Below are positions 22,601 to 33,689 of a DNA stretch of 33,984 bases, one piece after another. The notes below the pieces were generated by a model that was not told where the DNA came from, searched no databases, and saw only the letters and a program-made list of their open reading frames with translations. Positions within the stretch are counted from its first letter, which is position 1; the number at the start of each line of letters is the position of its first letter. A program made the position numbers and the translations under genes. The stretch is from positions 1 to 33,984 of the forward strand of contig NIVC01000855.1 of NCBI GenBank assembly GCA_002269645.1. The letters run 5' to 3'. This DNA is from Macrostomum lignano. Its lineage: Eukaryota.

Positions 22601-24243
22601 AACCAGCAGCGCGAGTACGACGCCCAGATGGCCGAGCGGGAGCACATCCAGAAGTTCATCGACCGGTTCCGCTACAACGCCAACCGGGCCAGCCAGGTGC
22701 AGTCCCGCATCAAGATGCTGGAGGCCATGCCCAAGCTGGAGGCGCCAGTCCACGACTCGGAGGTCACAATGAAGTTCCCGCCGGTCGAGGACAAGCTGTC
22801 GCCGCCCATCCTGCAGCTGGACGAGGTCGTGTTCGGCTATCCGGGCAGCGACCGGACCGTGCTGAAGGGCGTCTGCGCCTGCGCCGGCTCCGACTCCAGG
22901 ATCTGCGTTGTGGGAGAGAACGGCCAGGTGAGGGGCGCCTGTCAAAACGAAAGCCTAGAATTGGGTTGGAAAAATCCCAATCTGGATTGGGATCCTAGAA
23001 TATGGATAAAAATAATCCCAATCTAAATTGGGATCTAGAATACAGATAAAAATAATCCATATCTGGTTTGGAATCTAGGGATAAAAATCCCAATCTGTTT
23101 GAAATCTAGAGATGAAAAATCCCTATCTGGTTCGGAATCTAAAGATAAAAATCCTGTATGTATTGGAATCTAGAGATATAAATCCCAATCTGTATTGGAA
23201 TCTAGCGATAAAAATCCCTATCTGTTTTGGAATCTAGGGATAAAATCCCAATCTGGTTTGGAATCTAGAGATAAAAATCCCTATCTGTTTTGGAATCTAG
23301 GGATAAGAATCCCAATCTGGTTTGGAATCTAGGGATAAAATCCCAATCTGGTTTGGAATCTAGAGATAATAATCTCGAACTGGTTTGGAATCTAGGGATA
23401 AAAATCCCCATCTGGATTGGAATCTAGGGATAAAAATCTCGAACTGGTTTGGAATCTAGGGATAAAAATCCCCATCTGGATTGGAATCTAGGGATAAAAA
23501 TCCCGAACTGGTTTAAAATCCTTAGAATAGAGATAAAATAATCCCTATCTATTAATAGATTCCTAAATTCCTGTTTCAAATCTCCCCTAACAACTCCTAG
23601 CAAAATGATGCTGAAGACGAATGCTTTAGAGAGTAGGAATGGTAGGAATGCTGTGGAATCAAGTGATGCCAGCAGTAACCATAGCAACGCCACCCACCCG
23701 ACTCCGCAGGGCAAATCCACGCTGCTGAAGATCATCCTCGGCGACCTGTCCCCATCGAAGGGCGTCCGGCACGCGCACCGCAGCCTGCGCATCGGCTATT
23801 TCTCCCAGCACTTCGTTGACCAGCTCGACCTGAACTCGACCCCACTGGAGTTCATGGCCCGGACATTTCCCGGCCAGCCGCAGGAGGCCTACAGGCAGCA
23901 GCTCGGACAGTTTGGCGCCGGTGGCGACCTGGCGCTGCGCCAAATCCGCCTGCTGTCCGGCGGCCAGAAATGTCGAATCGCCTTCGCCCTGATCGCCGCC
24001 GGCCGGCCGAACTTCCTGGTGCTGGACGAGCCCACCAATCACCTGGACGTGCAGACCATCAAAGCCCTTGGCGACGCCTTGAACTCCTTCAACGGCGGCG
24101 TTGTGCTGGTGTCGCACGATGAGCGATTGATCAAGATGATCTGCACCGAGCTGTGGCTGGTCTCCGATGGCCTGGTGCGGACTATTGAGGGTGGCATTGA
24201 CGCCTACAGGCGGCTGGTAGAGAAGGAGCTCGAGCTGGCTTAG
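19647..24243 (+). CDS. ABCF3: ABC subfamily F member 3 (GCN20 orthologue), soluble ribosome-associated ABC ATPase, 735 aa
   Basis: Exons 19647-20210, 20700-20957, 21610-21905, 22372-22927, 23710-24243 splice in frame (2208 nt). NBD1: GRNGLGKTT / FSGGWRMR / LLLLDEP / VSHD. Linker: FIDRFRYNANRASQVQSRIKML. NBD2: GENGQGKST / LSGGQKCR / LVLDEPTNHLD. No transmembrane segments. Confidence 0.95.
20975..21520. repeat. 21-bp minisatellite, ~26 copies, ABCF3 intron 2
   Basis: Unit gcattcacggtttctgtatct with variants; gives the RFLYxxS read-through in ORF 20700..21554. Confidence 0.95.
22010..22303. repeat. ~20-bp G/T-rich minisatellite, ABCF3 intron 3
   Basis: ggggttttggggttctcaat drifting to ggggttttagggttctgaa. 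Confidence 0.9.
22955..23560. repeat. ~32-33-bp minisatellite, ABCF3 intron 4
   Basis: Unit ggaatctagggataaaaatcccaatctggttt, which contains the inverted repeat gggat-aaaa-atccc. Confidence 0.9.
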
Positions 24244-24620
24244 TTGCTAGGCTGGGGATTCGGTTGCTGTGGCAACTAAATGAATTTGTTGCTATACTGT
24301 GGACTCGGTTTCTATGGAAACTGAAATGATTTTTGTTGCTAGACTGGGGACTCGGTTGCTATGGCAACTAAATTGATTTTGTTGCTATACTGGGGACTCG
24401 GTTGCTATGGCAACTAAATTGATTTTGTTGCTATACTGGGGACTCGGTTGCTATGGAAACTAAATGATTTTGCTGCTAGGCTGGTGACTCGGTTGCTATG
24501 AAAACTGAAATAATTCTGCTGCTAGGCTGGGAGACTCGGTTGCTATGGAAACTGTTATAATCTGTTGTTGCAAGGCGATAAAATTTGTTGCTAGGTTTGG
24601 AACTCGGTTACTATAGAAGC
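24244..24620. repeat. 46-bp minisatellite (~8 copies) starting at the ABCF3 stop; each unit carries an RFX X-box-like palindrome
   Basis: Unit gggactcgGTTGCTATGGCAACtaaattgattttgttgctatactg; 46-bp spacing between 24355, 24401 and 24447. Confidence 0.92.
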
Positions 24621-25483
24621 GGTTCTGTTGCTTGACCTGTTCTGTTGCTAAGAGCTCAAGACTACCGGGACCTCGCGCATGCGTGCTGGTTTCCGCTGTT
24701 TACTTCTCTGATGTGCGCCGGTTTTCCTACCTTGACGAGGGTTGATATTTGAATTCGTAATTTTTGTTATTTACCAATGGAAAAAAAGGTTGGGGCGCAG
24801 CTGCTCCAGATTCGCAGTACCCTGCATCCCAAAATTCTAAGTGAATATTTGCAACAAAATTTGGACAATTATTTTGCGTGTGCCTGCATTCCCCACATCC
24901 CTCCCAATGCTTAACCATTGCCAACATGCAAGCATGCCTAGTCAAGAACTGCTTTCACCCTTGGCTTGATAATTGCCACCGTTGATCTTTGAATCCCTTC
25001 TGAGGTGGCGAATCGGCTTCTTGTTCCCTTCTTTAACGTTTTTGCTTGTCTGCCCATTTGCCTTTGCAACCAAATCAAATGATATCTTAAATTTATCGTT
25101 GCATGTCCCCAACATTCTACTGCTGACCAATGGCAGTAGTATGGTTGGAATTTTTATCTATTATTTATTTCTCATATTTGTCGTGCCTGTCCGAATATCA
25201 GAAAGCATTATTTTGTTGCATGCTGCAAAGCTTCCTTGCAAAATCGGCACTTTGACCATGCATTTACTGCCATGTGTGACTGCAGTGCCCCGGGTTTGAT
25301 GACAGATTAAATATACACCGCTTTAGAGCATGAGAATTTGAATTCGAGCCAGCTCGACTTTCATGAGGAATCTTCTTATCCATATTTGTTGCAAGATTGC
25401 ACTTGCTTTCTTTGATGATTGCAAAACCAAACTGCTCATTTTATCGTTGCTTTTCATGCTTGCAATCGATAAGGTTTGGGGAG

Positions 25484-26600
25484 AATGGATGGGGGATTTG
25501 AGGAGTAGGGATGGTGGATTTGAGGAGTAGGGATGGGGATTTGAGGAGTAGGGATGTCGGATTTGAGGAGTAGGGATGGTGGATTTGAGGAGTAGGGATG
25601 GGGGATTTGAGGAGTAGGGATGGTGGATTTGAGGAGTAGGGATGGGGATTTGAGGAGTAGGGATGGCGGATTTGAGGAGTAGGGATGGGGGATTTGAGGA
25701 GTAGGGATGGGGATTTAAGGAGTAGGGATGGCGGATTTGAGGAGTAGAGATGGGTATTTGGTGAGTAGGGATGCGGATTTGAGGAGTAGAAATGGCGGAT
25801 TTGAGTAGTAGAAATGGCGGATTTAAGGAGTAGAGATGGGGATTCGAGGAGTAGAGATGGATGGGGGATTTGAGGAATACGTAAGGGGATTTGAGTGGTA
25901 GGGATGCGGATTTGAGGAGTAGGGATGTGGATTTGAGGAGTAGTGATGGGGATTTGTGGAGTAGGGATGGGGATTTGAGGAGTAGGGATGAAGATTTGAG
26001 GAGTAGGGATGCGGATTTGAGGAGTAGGGATGGCGGATTTGAGGAGAATGGATGGGGATTTGAGGAGTAGGGATGGGGATTTGAGGAGTAGGGATGGGGA
26101 TTTGAGGAGTAGGGATGGGGATTTGAAAAGTAGGGATGGGGATTTGAGGAGTAGGGATGGGGATTTGAGGAGTAGAAATGGCGGATTTGAGGAGTAGGGA
26201 TGGCAGATTTGAGGAGTAGGGATGGGGATTTGAGGAGTAGAGATAGATAGGGATTTAAGGAGTAGGATGGATGGGGATTTGAGTAATAGGGATGGGAATT
26301 TAAGGAGTAGAGATGGGGATTCGAGGAGTAGAGATGGATGGGGGATTTGAGGAATACGTAAGGGGATTTGAGTGGTAGGGATGCGGATTTGAGGAGTAGG
26401 GATGGGGATTTGAGGAGTAGGGATGGGGATTTGAGGAGTAGGGATGGGGATTTGAGGAGTAGCGATGGGGATTTGGGGAGTAGGGATGGGGATTTGAGGA
26501 GTAGGGATGCGGATTAAAGGAGTAGGATGGTGGATTTGAGGAGTAGCGATGGGGATTTGAGGAGTAGAGATGGGGATTTGAGGAGTTGGGATGGATGGGT
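25484..26600. repeat. ~21-23-bp purine-rich minisatellite (~50 copies) with an internal block duplication
   Basis: Unit ggatttgaggagtagggatgg; the ~100-bp variant block containing gaggaatacgtaagggg occurs at ~25830-25930 and ~26306-26405. Confidence 0.93.
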
Positions 26601-27109
26601 AGTTGAGAAGTAAGGATGGGGAGCAGAGATGAGGAGGGATTATAATGTGGATATTGGAGGTAATGGGCTTTTTCCACGAAGCAGTTCGTGGACTGACTCA
26701 GAACTGCATGCGGGTTTCTGGCCACAGCCAACAGCCATAAACACCCCGGATAAATCACTGCATTGGGGACCCGAGTTGCGGCAGCGCTGCACTCGCACAG
26801 CTGTAAATCTGTCGCAGAGAGCCGCTTGATGGACTGCGGAAGCTGCAGCCTGCACGGCCGCCATATATTTGAGCTCGGCCGGTGCTGGAGCTGAGATAAC
26901 AGCTCGTAGCTCGCTTTGAGTCTGTGGGGGGGGGGTCCTGCACGGTTGGGGGAACAGATTCGTTCAACAGTGGGATGCAGTTTCATGGGATAATTTATAC
27001 CCCTCGCCGGCAGCTGTAAGGAAGACTTGGCTGATCCTCCGAATTTTCATTGTGGCTGCATGTACATGTTACAGTGCTGGCCGAGTTGACCCACTCTTGC
27101 CGTGTCAAA

Positions 27110-27431
27110 CCGCCCAATCTGACCCACTCCCGCCCGGGGTCAATCCGCCCCAATCTGACCCACTCCCGCCCGGGTCAATCCGCCCCAATCTGACCCACTC
27201 CCGCCCGGGGTCAATCCGCCCCAATCTGACCCACTCCCGCCCGGGGTCAATCCGCCCCAATCTGACCCACTCCCGCCCGGGGTCAATCCGCCCCAATCTG
27301 ACCCACTCCCGCCCGGGGTCAATCCGCCCCAATCTGACCCACTCCCGCCCGGGGTCAATCCGCCCCAATCTGACCCACTCCCGCCCGGGGTCAATCCGCC
27401 CCAATCTGACCCACTCCCGCCCGGGGTCAAT
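27110..27431. repeat. 36-bp GC-rich minisatellite, ~9 near-identical copies
   Basis: Unit ccgccccaatctgacccactcccgcccggggtcaat. Confidence 0.96.
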
Positions 27432-28107
27432 ACAGTGGTGCCGGATTCTGCCAAAGCGGAATGACGCTCATTTATCAGACTGAAGAATTAGCATAAATTC
27501 GCAGCCCCTCTGTCACATGATCGCGGTTTTCACTAGCCGCGCAGATTCTGTCAGTGCTGCATGGCGCAAGCGAGGGAAACAGATTGATAAGTCCGATCCA
27601 GCGTTCACTGCCTGCGCTGCACTTTGACACGGCAAATCTGCATTGGCGCAATTGTGTTTTCAGTTAATAGGCGATCGCTGCCAGCTGCACACTGGCGGCC
27701 CCTCCCGCAGCCGAACGCTGCCGGTCTCTCTTATCTCGAACTGCCTTATCGCATCGCCAGTGCCTGCCCCTGTATAGCGGCCGGTGTTTTCAACTCTAAT
27801 ATTGCCGCACGCCCGGGCTTCTGTAGGCCGCAATGCGGTTGGCGGTCCTGTTTGATGTTTCCAGAGGCGCGCGGTGCCAGTTTTGGTGCGGGGAATGTCG
27901 CTGATATTCAACCGCCGGAGCTGCGGTTGAGGGCTTGTAGAGAGGGAGAGCAGGCAGGGACGGGAACACGAAAATGGGGATTCCAATTGTAGGAAATTTA
28001 TATGGTGTAGAACAGGGAGTTATAGTGTAGAAGAGAATAAGATTCAGAAGAAGAGAGTAAGACACGGTAGAAGAGGGAGCAGACTCGGTAGAATAGGGAG
28101 TAGATTT

Positions 28108-28640
28108 GCTTTAATTGGGAGTAGACACGGTAGAAGGGAGTAGACACGGTAGAAGGGAGTAGACACGGTAGAAGGGAGTAGACACGGTAGAAGGGAGTAG
28201 ACACGGTAGAAGGGAGTAGACACGATAGAAGGGAGTAGACACGGTAGAAGGGAGTGGACACGGTAGAAGGGAGTAGACACGGTAGAAGGGAGTAGACACG
28301 GTAGAAGGGAGTGGACACGGTAGAAGGGAGTAGACACGGTAGAAGGGAGTAGACACGGTAGAAGGGAGTAGACACGGTAGAAGGGAGTAGACACGATAGA
28401 AGGGAGTAGACACGGTAGAAGGGAGTAGACACGGTAGAAGGGAGTAGACACGGTAGAAGGGAGTAGACACGGTAGAAGGGAGTAGACACGGTAGAAGGGA
28501 GTAGACACGGTAGAAGGGAGTAGACACGATAGAAGGGAGTAGACACGGTAGAAGGGAGTAGACACGGTAGAAGGGAGTAGACACGGTAGAAGGGAGTAGA
28601 CACGATAGAAGGGAGTAGACACGGTAGAAGGGGGAGTAGA
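28108..28640. repeat. 19-bp minisatellite, ~28 near-identical copies
   Basis: Unit gtagacacggtagaaggga; three units give the 19-aa STVSTPFYRVYSLLPCLLP read-through seen in three minus-strand ORFs. Confidence 0.96.
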
Positions 28641-29299
28641 ATGAAGAGCAGAGCAGGTACGGTAGGGTTCACCTGATGCCGGCCTTAAGGCTTCATTGCG
28701 CTTGAACAGAATGAAGCAAAACAGCTGGGTGTCAGGAGCCATGGGCTTTGGGAATTTGTTGTCGCAAAAATGCATGCCGCGATGACTGAACGATAATTTA
28801 TTGTCAGGAAAACAATATTTCACACGCCATATCGATAAATAGCCAAATCCAAACTGTTCAGCTATCGAATTTCCCGCTTTTATTGTGAGACTCGAACAGG
28901 CCTTCTCTGCCTCTCTATTCACCGCTAATCGGCAATCGCGGCATTGGGAGCGAGCGAGTTTTATTTACAACCCTGGCGACTGACTTGCTGGGAGAGAAGA
29001 TTTATAAAGTCACGTGCCGCCGGTTCAGTTGTGAAAACTTCCATCGGGTCCGACAGGGCTTCAGCTCGCCCGAATTGACTGCCGCGGTTGCTACCCCGGA
29101 GGCCAAGGAGGTAACAAGTTGGCTAGATAAACTTATTATAAAATGAAAGCGAACGCCTCCTGCGGGACTTCGGCTTCCGTGACTTGAGAAACAAAAGCAT
29201 TGGCTGAATGGCATTCCTTTAGGATTTCTTGGGGCCAGTTGGCATTTCGCAGCCTGACAAATTTTATGCTTATTGGCCTGGATACAGGCTCTGCCTGGT

Positions 29300-29610
29300 G
29301 CCCTCCTGTCTCCCTCTTGTCTCCTCTCCTGTCTCCCCTCTCTCCCCTCCATATCTTGTCTCATCTCTCCTATCTTCCCTCTCTTGTCTCCCCTCTCCTT
29401 TTATTCCTATTTTCCCTCTCATCTCCTGTCTCCTTGTGTCTCCCTCTGCCCCCTCCCTCTCGTTTCCCCTCTCTCCCCCTCCTCTCATGTCTTCCCTCTC
29501 TTGTCTCCCATCTTCTGCTCCCTCTTCCGTCTCCCTCAATATAGTCTCGCTTCTATCCTTGTCTCGATTTACTGTCTTCCCTTCTGTCTCCCCCGTCTGC
29601 CTGTCTGTAG
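29300..29610. repeat. CT-rich low-complexity tract
   Basis: Almost exclusively C/T with recurrent tctccc and tgtctc. Confidence 0.85.
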
Positions 29611-29884
29611 GAAATTAGCTCTTCTAATAAAAAAAGTTGAAAAAATCCATGAAAATAAGCCAGAAACACTTCAGTTACACTGACGCAAATCATTAAAGAA
29701 TGTGACTGGAAGTACAGTGCGATCATCATTGTATTGTTCCAAGCGCGACACCAACCAGTAGCATGCCATGAGCCAAGTTTCACTAACAGTGACAGAGGCA
29801 GATCGCAAATTAACAGAGATCAGGAGCCAGCAGCTCAAGCACCAGCCAAGAGTGCAGGAGCTTCAAAACTCATTTAAGGAGGGT

Positions 29885-30152
29885 GAGAATTCAAGGAGGG
29901 TGAGATACAGAGACAGAGGTGAGATACTGAGAGATAGAGGGTTAGATACAGAGACAGAGGTGAGATAAAGAGAGATAGAGGGTGAGATAAAGAGAGATAG
30001 ATGTGAGATAAAGAGAGATAGACTGTGATAGACAGACAGAAGTGAAATACGGAGAGATAAAGGGTGAGATAAAGAGAGATAGAGGTGAGATAGAGATACA
30101 GAGACAGAGGTGAGATAGAGAGAGATAAAAGGTGAGATAAGAGAGATAGATA
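29885..30152. repeat. GA-rich low-complexity minisatellite
   Basis: Recurrent gaggtgagata(a)agagagata. Confidence 0.85.
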
Positions 30153-30553
30153 ACTTTTATTCTTTCTCAAGATTCCTGCAGTTGATGAAGCAAGCGGCAT
30201 GCGTAACAACAAGAAGGACAAAGCATGCCTGGACAAGCAGCAAAGTGACACTAAAACTGTGAGGAGTTGATGCTCAACTCACCAAATTAATTTCGCTAAA
30301 AAAACGATACGCTGAACAGGAAAGGCTTGACAGGGAATTTGGCAGCACAGACAAATCAATGATACAGCAGATACAGCAGATTTTATGGGGCGCGACATCT
30401 CCAGGAGTGTGACAGAGCAGAAAGTACGCGAGGCACTGCATATTGAATATTGGCTGACTGCCAGTCTCGAGTGTACATGCAGGTGCTAATTGGAATAGTT
30501 AAACAGACCTGAACTGACCCTGAAGTGCATATTGTGCACCAGCCAGGAGGCGG

Positions 30554-33123
30554 TCATCGCGCATCAGTGGGCCCGGTGGCAGCAGCTGGCGAGGTGCCAG
30601 AAGGCGCCGAAGCCGCTGCAGCAGCTGCCGCCGCCGCCGCTACGGCCCGCAGGCACTCCAGCGGCGAGGAATCTGCGGCGCCGGCTGAGGCTGCCGCGGC
30701 TGCTGCTGCTGCGGCCGCGGCGCCGCAGAGCTCCGGGTGCACCAGCGGAGGCATGCAGGTGGCGGGGAAGGAGGCCATCAGGCGGGGGCATTTGCCCTTG
30801 CTGATGTGCAGCCGCACCTGGCCTTTGTTGGCGAACGGCTTGCCGCAGTACTGGCACCTGGCCCGCTTCTGGAGCCCGCCCGCCGCTGCTGCTGCCGCAG
30901 CCGCAGCCGCAGTCGCCGAGTTCGTTTGCAGGGTGCGCAGCTTCTCGGCCGACTTGCCCCCGACGGGCCCGAGGTTTTTCGCTTCGGCTTCTGGCTGCCC
31001 GCCGAAGCCACCGTCGCCGCCGCTGCCGCTGCCGGAGTTGAAGAGGCTGAGGACGACCTGCTGGCAGCTGATGAGGCCGGCTGGCACAGCGGGTGGTACA
31101 GCGGGCTGAGCAGGAGGCCTCCGTGCACCGCGGCCTGCTGCTGCTGCTGAGTATCCGGAGCGGACGCCGGCCGGGCAGCCGGACTGGCGACGGTCGGCAC
31201 GGCCCGCTCCGCCGTGTCCACAGCCGCTGCAGGGAGCTCAGCGGGTCGGCCAGCGCCGCCCAGCTGAGGATGCCGAAGCCGCTAGCGACGCCGAGTCGGC
31301 GCCGTGGCCGTTGACTGTAGCGGCGGCGGGAGAGGCCGGCGGCGGGCTGGCGGCGCGGTCCGGGCTCAGGTAGTCGCAGCGGCTCGGCGGCTGCTGAAAC
31401 TGCTGCGTTGGCGAAGCTTGCGGCTGCGGCTGCGGCTGCTGAGCTGCCCCCATCCGGAGGTTGTCTTCTACGAACTGCCTCATCTTCTCCAGCGTGCTCT
31501 TCTGCTGCTGCTGCTGCTGCTCTGATGCCGAATCGGCCTCTGTCACCTCCGCTGTTGCCTGACGGCGCCGCTTCTGCTGCGGCTGCGGCGACGGCAGGGC
31601 TAGCGGGGACGACTTCTTGGGGGGCTGGGATGGCGGAGTTTTCTGCGCCTGCGGCGGCTGCTGCTGCTGCTGCTCGCTGTAAATGATCTCCGCATAGTGG
31701 CCGCTGTGCATCATGTGGAGGGTGAGCTCAGGCAGGGTGCGAAAGCTCTGGCGGCAGCGGATGCAGCGCAGGATCTCCCTGGTCTGCTCGGTCTCCGAGT
31801 TGATCCACATGTCCTGGCCGCGCACCAGCTTGGGCAGGTCCTTCTCCTTGATGCCCGCGGCCGGCGAGTGCCCGGTCTCGGTCAGGTGCACCGTCAGGTT
31901 GATCAGGCTGGGGAAGGAGCGCTCGCATGAGCAGACAAAGTCCGTTTCTCGGCCGGTGGCGGCGGCGGCGGCGGCGGCTGCGACTGCCGCTGAGGCTGCG
32001 GCGGAGGCGGTCGTCGACGGCGAAGTCTTGGGGGTGGCGAGGCCGCCAGCTGGCGAGGCAGCAACTTGCTGAGGGAGCTGCTGCCGCTTCGCTGTCGGCG
32101 CGGCGGGTAGTCGAGACGGCGCGGTTGTAGGAGGCGCCGAAAGCTGCGGCGGCTGCTGAAGGGCCGGCGGCGGAGGTGGCGGCGGAAGTTGCGGCTGCGC
32201 AAAGTGAGGGAAGGCCAAGGAGGTTGGCGGCTGGATCTGCAGGCCGAAGAATGGCGGCATCATCAGTGGCGCGTTGCCGGCAAGCGATGAGCAGTACAGG
32301 TAGTGCGCGTACATCGAGGCCTGCTGTTGTTGCTGCTGCTGCAGGTGATGCAGCAGAAGAAGCTGCTGCTGCTGCTGCTGCTGCTGCGCATCAACGAAAC
32401 CGAAGCCGCCCACCTGTCGAAGGTACTGCAGCTGGAGGTAGTGGTCTCGCAGAAGGTCCCGCTGCTGGCTGCCCGCTGCGGCCGGGCTGGCGCCACCCGC
32501 TGCCGCCGCCGGATTGCCGCCTCCGCGGCCGGACAGGTCGAGCGGGTCCGGGCCTGCGGAGTCCCGCCGGTGGTCTTCGCTGCTGATCGCCCGCTTCTTC
32601 GGCGCACCATAGCGGCGGTGGCAGAACTCGACATCGCGGATGCTGATGGCGCCGAGGCGATACCGGGAGTTGAAGTGGCTGATGCTACTAAAGCGGTGGT
32701 TGATGCGCTGACAGTCTCGATGGAGTCTGCCATGTCTGGGCTGGGCTGCCGCTGCTGCGATCGCATCCGACTGAAATTTCCGATTGAAAATATGGATAGA
32801 TGAACTCATAGATGAATCTCAGGACTGGTCTGCTTTGGATGAGGGATTAACAGTTTATGCACTGGGGAGATTGGAGATCAGGTGAGAGATTAGAGATCAG
32901 GTGGGAGATGGAAGATCAGGTGGGAGATGGGAGATTAGGCAAAGAATGGCAAGTCTTTCATTGGGTAGATAATTGAGGTATAACGCTCTAATGGAAGTCT
33001 ATATTACAGTGTTGATCATTCGGGTAAGATGTGAGAGGTGAGAGGAACTCGAGCTCAGACCAGCTGCATGTTTGGATGCCTTATCACTCACGAATGAGCT
33101 GTTCTCAGTTTAGCTCTATTCAT
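30554..33123 (-). CDS. tsh: Teashirt/tiptop (TSHZ) C2H2 zinc-finger transcription factor; frame interrupted by ~4 single-base losses
   Basis: CtBP motif PLDLS; ZF1 followed by PKLVRGQDMW...ILRCIRCRQSFRTLPELTLHMMHSGHY (tsh signature); DPLSSLQRL motif; terminal finger CQYCGKPFANKGQVRLHISK, similar to the last TSHZ finger. Short exon 33123-33092 (MNRAKLRTAH, phase 2) splices to the acceptor at 32771-32772. An additional acceptor at 33160-33161 means the true start could lie further upstream. Confidence 0.85.
32866..32940. repeat. 19-bp repeat, ~4 copies, in the tsh intron
   Basis: ggagattagagatcaggtg variants. Confidence 0.7.
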
Positions 33124-33689
33124 TTCATTTGACTCATTCGAGCTATGAGAGCCGCGCACCTACGCAGATAGAGAGGGGCATTTTTGCGGCTTGGCCCTGT
33201 TGTTGTCGAGGTCGGGTCTGGCTGTACTAGACTGCCTGCCGCCTGCCCGTGTGGCTGGCGGGCCTTCTGGCTCTGCGGTTGTAAATCAAAGCTGCAGGCG
33301 GGCGGGGGCCCCGGGCGCTTCTGTCAAGCTTTTCCTGTGTTGTTGCCGCAGCCCAGCCAGTTCGAATTTGAAGCCTCCAGCAGCCTTACTTTTACAGCCT
33401 TCGGGCCGAGAGAGTCAGAGCTGCACGAAGCGCCTCGGTTTGGACCATAAACAATTTTATTATTAAAGCCGGGCTGGGGCCCTTAAAACTGTCAGCGCTT
33501 AGTGCTTTAATAGTCTAGAAAGGCCGCTCACAACTCAGACAGATAAGTTATGTGAGGATACGTTTTTCGGATAATGCGATGAGGGCTTTACTGTCCAGCA
33601 AAGACTAGGCTGACTGATTTGCACGGAATTGTTCGAAAAATGTGTATGTACACTTAGTGAATCAGAACTCCTTGATCCCCATTGTTATG

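Noticed and set aside
24727-25299. Short ORFs on both strands downstream of the X-box array
   Set aside because: No recognisable domain and frames interrupted; I could not assign them to a gene or a strand.
27998-28672. Three overlapping STVSTPFYRVYSLLPCLLP ORFs
   Set aside because: The 19-bp unit is not a multiple of 3, so all frames give the same peptide; a satellite artefact.
30525-32803. Multiple + strand Ala/Arg-rich ORFs
   Set aside because: Antisense shadows of the GC-rich, low-complexity tsh coding sequence.
31238-32809. 523-aa ORF taken as the complete tsh protein
   Set aside because: It starts upstream of a splice acceptor, its N-terminal part is out of phase with the upstream exon, and it ends before the conserved DPLSSLQRL motif and the last zinc finger.
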